Positions 33,503 through 45,060 of a stretch of 64,000 nucleotides of DNA are shown piece by piece. Position 1 is the stretch's first letter, and each line of letters begins with the position of its first letter. Origin of the DNA: an uncultured Thermomicrobiales bacterium (GTDB lineage: Bacteria > Chloroflexota > Chloroflexia > Thermomicrobiales > UBA6265); NCBI GenBank assembly GCA_902806335.1, contig CADCWG010000156.1, positions 8,803-72,802 on the forward strand, written 5' to 3'. Position numbers and translations under genes: made by a program. The notes under the pieces were generated by a model. The model searched no databases, was not told the origin of the DNA, and was given only the letters and a program-made list of their open reading frames with translations.

Positions 33503-34234
33503 CTACCCCCGCGACGGGTTCTCTTCACCGCCGGTCAGCAGGTCCTTGACCTTGCCGACCGCCTGCTGCCCGAGCGTGGCCGCGCCAACGACGCGCTCGT
33601 CCCTGTCCTCGGTTCCACCTTCGGGCACGGCGAACCGGAGTCCCTCGGCGTATGGCGCCGGGCGGCCCATCGCGTAGGCCACCGTCTCCTCCCCGAACTT
33701 CCTGCGCGCGTCGTCGACGGTCGAACTGCCCGTCACGATCTCGTGCATCAGGTTGAGGGCGATGGTGTTCGACGCTTCGGTGTCGCAACGCGCGGCCACC
33801 TCACCGGCGGTCCGGTCCACGAGGCAACTGCCGTCGAAGCGGGCGATGTCCTCGAGCCGCTCGGGCGGGACCTGGTAGTCGATGACCTGAGTCAGGAAGT
33901 CGCTGTGCGGAGCCGGGAAGTTGTGGGTCACGACGTCGCGCGTGGCGACGATCCGCTTCCACGGGCCGCGGCGATACCAGAACAGCTTGGTCGGCGTGGC
34001 CTCGTTCGGCGGTCCGTACTGCCCCAGCATCTGCCGGGCCCCTCGCCGTGGGGCGTCCGGCCAATCGGCGATGTACCCCTCGACGGTCGCCAGATCGGCG
34101 GTCAGGCTGGCACCGGCTTCGGTCTCGTGCTCGCCGCGGACCTGGTGTCCCAGCGCGTCCACCGTGGCGCTGGTCATGGTCGCTATCCGCTCGTCGGTGC
34201 CCGGGTCCTTCGACCCCTGCTCGTGTTCGGTCAC
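33503..34234 (-). CDS. Conserved hypothetical protein
   Basis: Coding-like composition; WP...QYGPPNEATPTKLFW...HNFPAPHSDFL...FDGS..VDRTAGE.AARCD.EA.N.IALNL; GTG start inferred. Confidence 0.75.
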   Translation of the reverse strand: MTEHEQGSKDPGTDERIATMTSATVDALGHQVRGEHETEAGASLTADLATVEGYIADWPDAPRRGARQMLGQYGPPNEATPTKLFWYRRGPWKRIVATRDVVTHNFPAPHSDFLTQVIDYQVPPERLEDIARFDGSCLVDRTAGEVAARCDTEASNTIALNLMHEIVTGSSTVDDARRKFGEETVAYAMGRPAPYAEGLRFAVPEGGTEDRDERVVGAATLGQQAVGKVKDLLTGGEENPSRG

Positions 34235-34701
34235 GTCGTTCCCCCGCGCCCGCTCGTCGCGTCCGTGTGGGCCCGACCCGCGGGCACCAGACAACGCGCG
34301 CCGCGCAAGCGACGATCCAGCGGCGCGAGTAGGCGAGCGACCGCGCCGGACGTGGCCGTCGGCGAGTGTTGGACACCCGTACCGATCGGTCTCGCCGTCC
34401 GTGACAAGAACGCTTGTTCTACACACGATCCGCTGGTAGGATGCGGACGACAGGCGAAGACGCTCTCAGGAGCGGCGTTGTCTCCGGTGCCCGGCATCCT
34501 CGAGCTGACCGCCTAGGTGCCCGCCCTCCTGAGAGGGGATACGGCAACGTCGGGGGCCTCTGTGCCGCGCCTCAGCGCCGAACGGATCGTACTGCCGCCT
34601 TCGGCCCTCCTCTCCTTGCGTCACCTTCGGCTGTCTCCGACCCCATCCTGGCCTTTGGCGGTGCGCCGATGCGGCGTGCCATACACGAGGAGGACCGGGC
34701 G

Positions 34702-35439
34702 ATGTCGACGACGAGCGACGGTTCGCACGAACTGGAGGAGGACGACCGCCTGGCGTCCGACGACACGCCGATCAACGCCGTAGAGTGCCCCGTCTGCCAG
34801 GGGGAAGGCGTCAGCGAGGACCAGGAGGATGACGAGGACTGCCGCCACTGCGACGGCAAGGGATACCTACGTGCGCCCTGGGACGTGTTCGTTGGCCGCG
34901 AGGGTGTCGATCGGTACCTCTGCCCGGAATGCGGGGGCGGGAGCGGCGGCGGGGGTATGTTGTGGGTGCAGTGTCCCGGGTGCGCGGACTTCGGCGTGGT
35001 CAGCAAGAGGCGGGCCGACGAGATAGCATCACGGCACTATCTGCTGGCGTTTAGAAGCCCCGAAGACGCGCGCGAAGCTCAGGATGACAACGACCTTACG
35101 TTCGTCGATCTCGCCCTGTGGGACCTGCGCGAGCTCTATTTCCCAGGGGCAAGGATGAGGGACAAGGACCTCTCCGGGCGGGACCTCACGGGGGCCGAGT
35201 TGGACGGTGCCGACCTCCAAGGTGCCGACCTTCGTGGTGCCGTGCTGCGCGATGCCGGCCTCGTCGAGACCGCATGGGCAGGGACCAGGTTGGACGGCGC
35301 CGACCTCACCGGTGCCTACCTCAAAGGCTCTGACCTCCACAACGCGGAGAGCATGTCTGGCGCACTCCTGGTAAACACGGACGGTCTGACCGACGAGCAG
35401 CGGGCGGTGTGCCGGGCCAAGGGTGCCGTCTTCGGGTGA
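34702..35439 (+). CDS. DnaJ-type CxxCxGxG zinc finger plus pentapeptide-repeat protein
   Basis: CPVCQGEG, CRHCDGKG, CPECGGG, CPGCADFG; DLSGRDLTGAELDGADLQGADLRGAVLRDA; RBS GAGGAGG. Confidence 0.82.
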   Translation: MSTTSDGSHELEEDDRLASDDTPINAVECPVCQGEGVSEDQEDDEDCRHCDGKGYLRAPWDVFVGREGVDRYLCPECGGGSGGGGMLWVQCPGCADFGVVSKRRADEIASRHYLLAFRSPEDAREAQDDNDLTFVDLALWDLRELYFPGARMRDKDLSGRDLTGAELDGADLQGADLRGAVLRDAGLVETAWAGTRLDGADLTGAYLKGSDLHNAESMSGALLVNTDGLTDEQRAVCRAKGAVFG

Positions 35440-35719
35440 CCGACCTCGGAGATCCTGAGCCCGAGGGGAGGCAACGTTCGCGGCGTCTCGTCCCCCTGCT
35501 GACACCGGAAGACGTCAAAGGGACGGACCATCTGCCGCGGACCTCGAGCTGGTCATCGCCGAGATGGTAGCCGCGGGGCTCTCGCCCCTACCTCCCGATG
35601 GTCGTCGGCGGGGCTCCACAGCGCCGTTGGATCGGGACGTGGTCGCCGGGGCGTTTGAGATGGCCCTATTCAGCGACCTCCCGGAGGCCGGGTGACCGAC
35701 CAGTGGCCCCGGACGCGGA

Positions 35720-35749
35720 ACGGCCGGCGGGGTCTCCCCCGCCGGCCGT
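35720..35749 (-). terminator. Hairpin downstream of tRNA-Lys
   Basis: ACGGCCGGCGGGG-TCTC-CCCCGCCGGCCGT perfect 13-bp stem. Confidence 0.55.
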
Positions 35750-35781
35750 CGTGTGGGGCTCCATCGAGCCCGCTCGCTGGG

Positions 35782-35854
<73 letters not shown>

Positions 35855-35864
35855 AGCACCGCGA

Positions 35865-35894
35865 AGTCTAGCGCGGGGTCGGGAGGGGCGTCAA
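35865..35894 (-). promoter_or_regulatory. tRNA-Lys promoter
   Basis: TTGACG-18 bp-TAGACT on the minus strand. Confidence 0.65.
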
Positions 35895-35932
35895 ATCGGC
35901 GCCGCGCTCGGACAGGCTCCGCCGGCTGTCAC

Positions 35933-37446
<1,514 letters not shown>

Positions 37447-37450
<4 letters not shown>

Positions 37451-37764
37451 GGTGCCTCCTCCTCGGCGTCGGGACCGCCGGTAAGCACGGCGTGGACCTC
37501 GAAGAAGCCGTCCGCCTGGCGCGGGGCGTTCGCCAGCGCCTCGTCGCGGGAGAGGGACGGCCGCGGCGCGTCCTCCCGGAGGACATTGATCAGCGGCAGC
37601 ACCTGGGCCGTCGGCGGGATGGCGGCGGTGTCGAGGCGGTCGAGCACCTCGATGTGGCCAAGGATGGTCGAGAGTTGGTCGCGCAGCCTCGCCCGCTCCT
37701 CGGCCGAGAGGCCAAGGCGGGCCAGGCTGGCGACGTGGTCGACGTCGGCGTCGGTCAGGGCCAC
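37447..37764 (-). CDS. gatC: Asp/Glu-tRNA amidotransferase subunit C
   Basis: [17 protein letters not shown]...NVLRED...ALANAP..ADGFF. Confidence 0.94.
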
Positions 37765-38309
37765 TGGGCGCGCCTCTCCCGTGGGGGGGCAGCCCCCCGC
37801 GTTCCCCGGGCACCGGACCGACGCTGGCGGTCGCCCACCGAGCCCGATCGTGGTCCCCAACGTTCCTCGCGGACGGCGAGTCTAGCACAGGCCCCTGGCG
37901 GCTCCGACTCCCGCGAGAGCTTGCACACCGTGACGACGGCAGTGAGCAGGCGCGGCTCCGTCGACGCCACGATCGGGACTTGTGCCTCGTCAGCGCCCGC
38001 CCCGCGCACACGTCGGATGGTCCGTGTGGTGCCCCCGCCTGGCGACCCGATCCAGCGAGAACCTGCTATGTCCCCGTGATCGAGTCCTGCCCCGCGGATC
38101 CGGCCGTCCCCGGGCAGCCGTTCCCTTACCGATCATTCGTGTCCGGTAGCCGGCGCTGTGATGCCGCGCCTGGACGTCCGTGCCCGAACACCGGCCATCC
38201 CGATTCGTCGGGGAACCGACCCGCTCCGTGGCTCCCGCGCGAGGGGCCATCCGGCGGTAGAGCGGTCGGTTGGTCGGCTCGGGCGTCGGTCGCGGTCGGT
38301 GCGGCGGTC

Positions 38310-39314
38310 TTATCGGGGCGCGTCAACCGGCGCCGGGATCCCGGCGACCGCCTGGTCCACGGCGCGGATCGCCTCGTCGGCGTTCTGGCCAAGGAAGACC
38401 CCCGCCACCTTCTCCCGCAGGTCCGGGTCGCTGAGGAAGATGTGGCCGCCGAAGCCGACCACCGTCTGGCCCGAGAGCCCGTCGCGGGAGACGCGGGCGT
38501 CGATCTCGCGCGACGCGGCGATGAGCTGCTGGGCCCCCTGCCAGGTCGAGGTCGAGAGGAGCACCATGGCCGGCCGGATCCGCTCGACGGTGTCGAGCAG
38601 GTCCGCCAGCGGCAGGTTCGCTCCCAGATAGACGATCCGGTACCCGCGCCGTGAGAGGAAGAGGCAGGTCAGGAGCAGGCCGACCTCGTGCAGCTCGCCC
38701 TCCGGACAGGCGGCGACCAGCGGCCCCCGGCCCGACTCGGGCTGGGAGAGGTTGAAGAGCGTGCCGATCTTGCGCATCACGAAGTGGCTGGCGTAGTGCT
38801 CCGAGCTGATGCCGACCTCGCCGCGCACCCAACGCTCGCCGATCTCGACCAGCACCGCCTGGAGGACATGGAGGCAGACGTCCTCCACCGGGAGGAGGGC
38901 GATCGCCTCCTCCACCGCCCGGTCGGCGCGGGCCGCGTCGAAGCCCACCAGGGCCTCGACGACCTCGTCGCGAAAGGCGGCGAGCCGCTCTCCCGCGACG
39001 GGCGGCGAGACCCGGCCGCCCCGGACCGCGTCCAGCGCCTCCGAGATCGAGGGCGGAACGCCGGGCTCCTCCTCCGAGCGGAAGAGGGCGACCGCCTGGC
39101 TGATCGTCAGCCCCTCCCTGGTCCGGTCGCGGAGCCAGCCGATCGTGGCGACGTCTCGCTCGGAGTAGAGGCGCTGGTTGCCGGCGGTCCGCATCGGGCG
39201 GGGCACGCCATACCGACGCTCCCAGGCGCGGAAGGTGTCGGCCGGCACCCCCGTCCGCTGCACCACCGCCCGCGTGTTATAAACGGGATCGGATTTCAAG
39301 CGGTCGAAGTGCAC
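38310..39314 (-). CDS. MerR-family B12-binding regulator (CarH/LitR-like)
   Basis: TFRAWERRYG..P.RT.GNQRLYS; W-x9-EH (WVRGEVGISSEH); EGELHEVG; YLGANLP. Confidence 0.9.
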   Translation of the reverse strand: MHFDRLKSDPVYNTRAVVQRTGVPADTFRAWERRYGVPRPMRTAGNQRLYSERDVATIGWLRDRTREGLTISQAVALFRSEEEPGVPPSISEALDAVRGGRVSPPVAGERLAAFRDEVVEALVGFDAARADRAVEEAIALLPVEDVCLHVLQAVLVEIGERWVRGEVGISSEHYASHFVMRKIGTLFNLSQPESGRGPLVAACPEGELHEVGLLLTCLFLSRRGYRIVYLGANLPLADLLDTVERIRPAMVLLSTSTWQGAQQLIAASREIDARVSRDGLSGQTVVGFGGHIFLSDPDLREKVAGVFLGQNADEAIRAVDQAVAGIPAPVDAPR

Positions 39315-39590
39315 CAAGACCCCACCTCCACAGGCCGCACTTTAGGTGGCTGTCCAGCGAATCGCAATGCTTTGCACAACCTTTCTCGGGCCGTGCTCGA
39401 CTCGCCGGCGGGGGGCCGACCGATCGCAGCGCCAGTCTCGTCCTTGCCAATAGCCTATCCCACGCGCTCGTCGCGCCGTGTGCGCTCGCCACACGCGGCC
39501 CTCCGGCGCGCGCTCACCGTTGGTGCCGCTGGCGCGGGCGGTGAGGGCCGTCCACAACTCTCCTCGCCGCGCTGGCCCCGCCATCGCCGT

Positions 39591-40964
39591 GTGCCGGGCG
39601 CGACCGGTGCCCTGGCGGTGGTCTTCGCGCTGTTGCTCGCCGGCTGCGGCGGGGAGGCGTCGCCGCCCGACGAGCGGCGCTTCGCGAACGAGGAGCCCCC
39701 CACGGTCGACCCGAGCCTCCAACCGACCGCTACCGCAACGCGCCCACCGGCAACGTCCCCGGCCGGCGTGGCGGCCGCGCCGGCGGTCTCGCCGGAGGCC
39801 CTGCTGGTGGCCCGGGGGGCGCCGCGACGGCTCTACTTTCTCCAGGGGCAGGACCTCTGGACGGCGGCACCCGACGGCACCGATGCCCGCCGCCTGCTGA
39901 GCGGCGGCGGCGAGGGGACCGCGGTCCGCGCTTTTGCCGCCGCGCCCAACGGCGCGCGGGTCGCCGCCCTGGTCGTGGGACCGGCGGAGGGCGACGCCCC
40001 CGAGAAGGGCGAGGCCGCGACCCTGGTGGTCCTCGAGGCGAGTGGCAACGAGGTCCGGCGCGTCGAAGACATCCAGGCGGCGACCGGCGTCGCGTCCGCG
40101 CGGGCCGTGTCGCTCGACTGGTCACCGCAGGGCGACCATCTCCTGGTCACCTTCGCCGGTGGCGGCCTGGTCGACGTCCCGTCCGACGGTGCGCCTCGCC
40201 TGCTGGTGGATGCCGCTCGGGCGCCGCTGCCGGAAGACGCGGCCTGGTCCCCGGCGGGCGACGCCGTCGCCTACACCTCCCGTGGGGACCCAGCGGCCGC
40301 CCTGACGCTCTTCGTGGCGCCGGCCGGCGGGGGAGAACCGGTCGCGGTCGCGCCGGGCGACGACCGCCCGGGTCGCGCGGTCGCCTCCTTCGCCTGGCTC
40401 CCGGACGGCAGCGGGCTGCTCTACGTCGGAGGGCCGGCCGGCGAGCCGAGCCGAGCGAGCGAGCTGTACCGGGTGGCGACGGACGGCACCGGGCGGTCGC
40501 TCGTCGCCACCGCCCAGGAGGCCGCTCCGGTCGCGGGGATCTCGGAGATGGTGCCCTCGCCCGACGGTCGGGCGGTGGCCTTCGCCGTGGTCCGACCCGG
40601 CGACCAGGGTCCGGTGTTCGACGGGGTCTGGGTCCAGCCGCTGGCCGGCGGGCGCGCCGCCGAGCTCCCGCTCCCGGGCGGCGCGTCGGCATCCGACCTG
40701 GTCTGGACGTCGCTGGGCCTGGTCTGGCGGTCCACCCCGGACTCCGGCGGGACGCCGGTCGCGGCCGAGGACGATGCGCCGTTCGCGCTGCTGCGGATTG
40801 ACACGGCGGGGCTGCCGATCGAGATCTATCGGGGCGTGCCCGCCGCCGCCGGCACGCCCGGCGCCTCCCCCGCCGCGGGGTCGGGCGGAACGCCCTCGCC
40901 GGTCGCCTCCCCCGACTCATCGACGCCGCCGGCTCCGCCGGAACCCTCGGCGCCCCAGGGGTGA
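39591..40964 (+). CDS. Lipoprotein with TolB/PD40-like beta-propeller repeats
   Basis: Lipobox LLAGC; repeats APNG, WSPQGD, WSPAGD, WLPDGS, PSPDG; start uncertain. Confidence 0.78.
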   Translation: MPGATGALAVVFALLLAGCGGEASPPDERRFANEEPPTVDPSLQPTATATRPPATSPAGVAAAPAVSPEALLVARGAPRRLYFLQGQDLWTAAPDGTDARRLLSGGGEGTAVRAFAAAPNGARVAALVVGPAEGDAPEKGEAATLVVLEASGNEVRRVEDIQAATGVASARAVSLDWSPQGDHLLVTFAGGGLVDVPSDGAPRLLVDAARAPLPEDAAWSPAGDAVAYTSRGDPAAALTLFVAPAGGGEPVAVAPGDDRPGRAVASFAWLPDGSGLLYVGGPAGEPSRASELYRVATDGTGRSLVATAQEAAPVAGISEMVPSPDGRAVAFAVVRPGDQGPVFDGVWVQPLAGGRAAELPLPGGASASDLVWTSLGLVWRSTPDSGGTPVAAEDDAPFALLRIDTAGLPIEIYRGVPAAAGTPGASPAAGSGGTPSPVASPDSSTPPAPPEPSAPQG

Positions 40965-41640
40965 CCAGATGACCGTCCGGTGCCGGTTCGGGATCCTGGG
41001 GCGGCTGGATGCCGCGGAGCCGGTACGGAGTCGCCACCGGCGGCGGATCAACTTGGGGAATGGCCCGGGGATCGCCTCGGGCTCCGGCGATCCCGTGGCC
41101 AAGCGCCTTGGGCCAGAGTGACTGCAGGCGTCGTACTCCTTGGCCGGCGTGCAGGCGATCTTGGCCACGGCCGACGTCCACAACCGGGTGGGGGTGGGAG
41201 CGACCACCGTCGTTCTCGATCTTGCCGCGGGGCCCGGCGCGCGGCGGCCCAACGCGGCTTGCCTGATGTCGGGGCTCCCGGCCGCTGGGGCAGCCGCGGT
41301 CTAAGGCGCGCCCACAAGGCTACCGCCAGCGCATGCTGGCGGCGGTGCCGACGGGTGCATCGCGGTCGGCGAGTTGGTCGTTTCGAGTGGCGACAGGACC
41401 GAAGCGCTCGACCCGGTTGGTGAGGCCCTCGACCCAGCATTGCTGGTGGCGGCACATCTCAGTCCAACGCGATGAGCGGGCGGCCAACGTGAGAGCGGCG
41501 CAGTCCGTTGTCCGAGTGCTGCTTCGGCTCCTCGGGCAGTCGTCGCCACCGGAGGGAGGGCAGTATTGATCGGATGCCCGACGAGGACGCGGCGCGGGTG
41601 AGCGGTGACGGTCTGCCGCCGTCGAGAACGGAGAGCGACC

Positions 41641-42189
41641 GTGAACGCCGCGGACGTCAGGTACCTCTTTGACTACAACTACTGGGCGAACGCGCGCGTC
41701 CTCTCCGCCGCGGCGCGGATTGGTGCCGAGCAGTTCATCCACCCGGCGCCGGTGACGACCCGCAACCTTCGAGGCACGCTGGTGCACCAGCTCGACGTCG
41801 AATGGAGCTGGCGCTGGCGTTGGCAGGGGCTGGCCGAGGGCGAGGCGTTGCGGGACGAGGACTTCCCGACGATGGCGGCGCTGGCGGCGCGCTGGCGCGA
41901 GGACGAGCGGGAGATGCGGGGCTACCTGACGGGCCTCGGCAACGATGACCCGACCCGCCCCTTTCAGCTCGGCGGGTCCCGCCCGCTGCTCTGGCACTTG
42001 ATGCTGCACGTGGTCAACCACGGGACGCAGCAGCGGGGGGACGCCGCGGTGCTGCTGACTCGCTACGGTTGTTCGCCGGGTGGGCTCGACGTAGCCGACT
42101 TCGCCCGCGAAGGGACCGCCGCCGTCGTCGTCGGTCCGTCGATCCCCGCGGCCGGGAACGCCGCGTCGACGTCTGAGGACGCACCCTAG
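41641..42189 (+). CDS. DinB/YfiT family protein
   Basis: LFDYNYWANARVL, TLVHQ, LHVVNHGTQQRG; RBS GGAGA. Confidence 0.87.
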   Translation: MNAADVRYLFDYNYWANARVLSAAARIGAEQFIHPAPVTTRNLRGTLVHQLDVEWSWRWRWQGLAEGEALRDEDFPTMAALAARWREDEREMRGYLTGLGNDDPTRPFQLGGSRPLLWHLMLHVVNHGTQQRGDAAVLLTRYGCSPGGLDVADFAREGTAAVVVGPSIPAAGNAASTSEDAP

Positions 42190-42751
42190 CGGCCACACCC
42201 GAGGCCGGTGCGGGACCGGCCAGCGAATCCGGTCCAACGATGCGTGGCCGAGCTGGGGAGGCGATGCGCCCGTTCCCCGGCCCCGTTGCTGGTCGGTTGC
42301 CCCTACCACAGGCGACCGCCGGCCCATTGCCAGGCCGCAAGGACGATCGGCGGGCGTAAGCATGTGGCGGCAAGCCCGGTCGAGAGCGCGGCGCCGGAGC
42401 ATGACGAGGTCCGTGCGGGTGAAGAGGGTCGCCTCCGAGCCGTGGAAAGCGTTGCCCCGCCTAGGTACGGCGGAGCCGGCGAACACCTAGTCGCCGTCGA
42501 GCCGGTCGAGCGCATCGTTAGCGACAACCCTGGGTCCGCCAGGGTCGAGCGCGATCGGATGTCTTCTCGTGTCTCCTCATGTTGGGCCGTGAGCAGCCCG
42601 TGGCTGTCGAGTGGGACCCGCTGCACGGGGACATCTTCGGCGGGCTTGCAGTCGCGGCGCGATCCCGCCAACGCGCTCAGGGGGCACCCGCACGGCCCCG
42701 TGGGACCACGGGTCCGGCGCGACGCCTACGAGACACCCCCGGGATACGGGA

Positions 42752-44941
42752 TTAGCCTCGGATCTCTTCGGCGTCGAAGATGTTCTTGGCCGCCTGCAGG
42801 ACCCGGGCGTCGTCCTCCGGCGACGGGCCTCCCACGTCGCGACCGTTGTCGGGTATGTCGGCATCCGGTTCGCTCACGGGGGGCTGCGCCGTCCGGGCAA
42901 CTGCGACGGGGGCAGCGCCGGCTGGACGCGACTCCGGTACCGCCGGTGCTGGCGTGCTCGCCGATGGCGCGCCCGCCGGGACGACCTCGCCGCGGAGAAC
43001 GCAGGAGACGTGGACGGGACGCCCCACCAGGCGGCCGATCACGTCTTCGACCACGCCCCGCATGTCGTCCTCGCTGAGGCGCTTGCGGTGGAAGTCGTAG
43101 GCGGCGGCCAGGGTGATCCTGCTCCCGTCGGGGGAGAGCGCGACCGGGTCGACCGACGTCAGCAGCGCCTCCGCCCGCCGGTTGATCGCCTTCACGTCCT
43201 GGCGGATGCGTGGCCAGAGGTCGGCGATCGCGTCGACGGTCAGCCCGGACCCGTCGGTGCCCTGCGCCGCGCCTGCGGACGGACCCTCGGCGGCTTGCGG
43301 GACAGCGGGTCGGTCCGTCGGGGCGACCGGCCTCGGCGCGGCCGGCGACCTGTCGGCATGCTCCGAAGGCATCGGCCGCCTCGCCGAAGCCGGGGACCCC
43401 GGCGTGCCTGGGACGGCGTCGCCGGTCTGCGACGGGGCGCTGCCCAGACCCATGCCCGGGTTGCGGACGCGCTCGCGCAGGGACGGCCCGCTGGGGCGCG
43501 CCGGCGGCGGCTCGGCGGCGACATCGTCGCTCAGTGGCGGCTCGGCCATCACCGCGCCACGCGGGTCACGGCCTGACGGGGCGGGTTCGTCGCCGGTCGC
43601 CGCCGGTCGACCGTCGAAGCGAGGCCGTGTCGGGGCCGACGGCCGGTCCTCGTGGAGCCCACCATGGCGCCCATCGGCACCGCCCGCCGCAGGGGCACCG
43701 TCCGCCACCGGCCGAGGCGACTCCTCGCGGCGGCCCCCGGACTCCGCGGGCGATCCCCGGCGGAGGATGCCATCGACCAGCGCGACCTCGAGGGGGAGCT
43801 GAGCGAAGGCGGCGTGGCGGATCTTGTAGTCGATCTCCCCGAAGCGCCGCGCCAGGTCGGCGAGCTCGAGCAGGTCGAAGCGGGCGGCGAGGTCCCGTGC
43901 CCGGTCGTCCGCGTCGGGCGAGCCGCCCGCCCGCTCGTGGAGCAGGATGCGGAGGTAGGCGACCAGCTGCCGGTTCAGCCCGCGGGGGTCTTCGCCCGCT
44001 TCGACCGCGGCGTTGACCGTGCCGAGGGCCGCCCCGGGGTCGCGGTCGGCGAGCGCCGCGACGAGGGACTCGACCCGGTCGTTGAGGCTCAGGCCGAGTA
44101 GCGCCCGCACCGCCGCCGCGTCGATCCGCCGCCCCTCCGTCGCCTGGTCGTCGGCGCGCTCCTGGTAGACCGAAAGCTGGTCGAGCAGCCCGAGGGCGTC
44201 GCGGGCGCTGCCGGTGGCGGCCCGGGCGATGGTCGCCAGCGCGTCGTCGGCGGCGACGATGCCTTCCTTGCCGGCCACGGTCCGCAGCCGTTCGACGAGG
44301 GCCTCGACGCCGATCCGCCGGAAGTCGAACCGCTGGCAGCGAGAGACGATCGTCGGCAGCAGTTCCTCGGGGTCGGTGGTGGCGAGGACGAACTTGGTGT
44401 GCCCGGGCGGCTCTTCGAGCGTCTTGAGGAAGGCATTCGCCGCCGCGCCGGTGATCTGGTGGGCCTCGTCGACGATGTAGAACTTGGTCCGCAGTTGGGT
44501 CGGTGCGTACTTGACCCGCTCCCGGAGATCGCGGATATCGTCGATGCCGCGGTTGCTGGCGGCGTCGATCTCGATCACGTCGGTGGCCGCGCCGCTGTTG
44601 ATTGCCAGGCAGCTGGCGCACCGGTTGCACGGCCGCGCCCGCGGATCCGGGTCGAGGCAGTTGACCGCCTTCGCAAGCAGGCGGGCGGTGGTCGTCTTGC
44701 CGGTGCCTCGCGGCCCGCAGAAGAGGTAGGCGTGGGCGACCCGGCCCAGGGCGATCGCGTTGCGGAGCGTCTGGACGACGTGCTCCTGCCCGACCAGATC
44801 GTCGTGGTCGAACGTCTGGGGCCGGTACTTGCGGTAGAGCGACTGGGTCTGGGCAACGCCAGCGGTAGCCCCAGCGTCCGCCGTCCGGGCGGCAGTCGGC
44901 GAGGCGGTGATCGGGGCGAAGAGCGACGGGGCGTCCATCAC
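42752..44941 (-). CDS. dnaX: DNA polymerase III subunit gamma/tau
   Basis: SLYRKYRPQTF, GPRGTGKTT, CNRCASC, EIDAASNRG, IVDEAH, LKTLEEPP, TIVSRC. Confidence 0.97.
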   Translation of the reverse strand: MMDAPSLFAPITASPTAARTADAGATAGVAQTQSLYRKYRPQTFDHDDLVGQEHVVQTLRNAIALGRVAHAYLFCGPRGTGKTTTARLLAKAVNCLDPDPRARPCNRCASCLAINSGAATDVIEIDAASNRGIDDIRDLRERVKYAPTQLRTKFYIVDEAHQITGAAANAFLKTLEEPPGHTKFVLATTDPEELLPTIVSRCQRFDFRRIGVEALVERLRTVAGKEGIVAADDALATIARAATGSARDALGLLDQLSVYQERADDQATEGRRIDAAAVRALLGLSLNDRVESLVAALADRDPGAALGTVNAAVEAGEDPRGLNRQLVAYLRILLHERAGGSPDADDRARDLAARFDLLELADLARRFGEIDYKIRHAAFAQLPLEVALVDGILRRGSPAESGGRREESPRPVADGAPAAGGADGRHGGLHEDRPSAPTRPRFDGRPAATGDEPAPSGRDPRGAVMAEPPLSDDVAAEPPPARPSGPSLRERVRNPGMGLGSAPSQTGDAVPGTPGSPASARRPMPSEHADRSPAAPRPVAPTDRPAVPQAAEGPSAGAAQGTDGSGLTVDAIADLWPRIRQDVKAINRRAEALLTSVDPVALSPDGSRITLAAAYDFHRKRLSEDDMRGVVEDVIGRLVGRPVHVSCVLRGEVVPAGAPSASTPAPAVPESRPAGAAPVAVARTAQPPVSEPDADIPDNGRDVGGPSPEDDARVLQAAKNIFDAEEIRG

Positions 44942-45060
44942 GTTGGGGGCTCCCGAGGGGCGGGCAGGGCAGTCCGGGGCCGGGACGGTGACTGTCCGTA
45001 CAGTTCACCTGAGTATAGCCGATCCTCCTACGCCTGCTTCGGCCGAGAGCCCGGAGACCG

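Noticed and set aside
37765-38309. T-box or riboswitch upstream of gatCA
   Set aside because: No T-box consensus or U-tailed terminator was recognised; a TGnTAGACT -10 at about 37880-37888 suggests a plain promoter
38688-39590. Long N-terminal extensions given by the ORF track (lipoprotein from 38688; also gatA to 38011, rplU to 17036, amidohydrolase to 13148, TetR from 12778)
   Set aside because: They overlap neighbouring real genes or promoters; downstream starts with an RBS, lipobox or family N-terminus fit better
42752-44941. Programmed frameshift in dnaX producing gamma
   Set aside because: No A-rich slippery run was seen; only a long Pro/Ala/Arg linker
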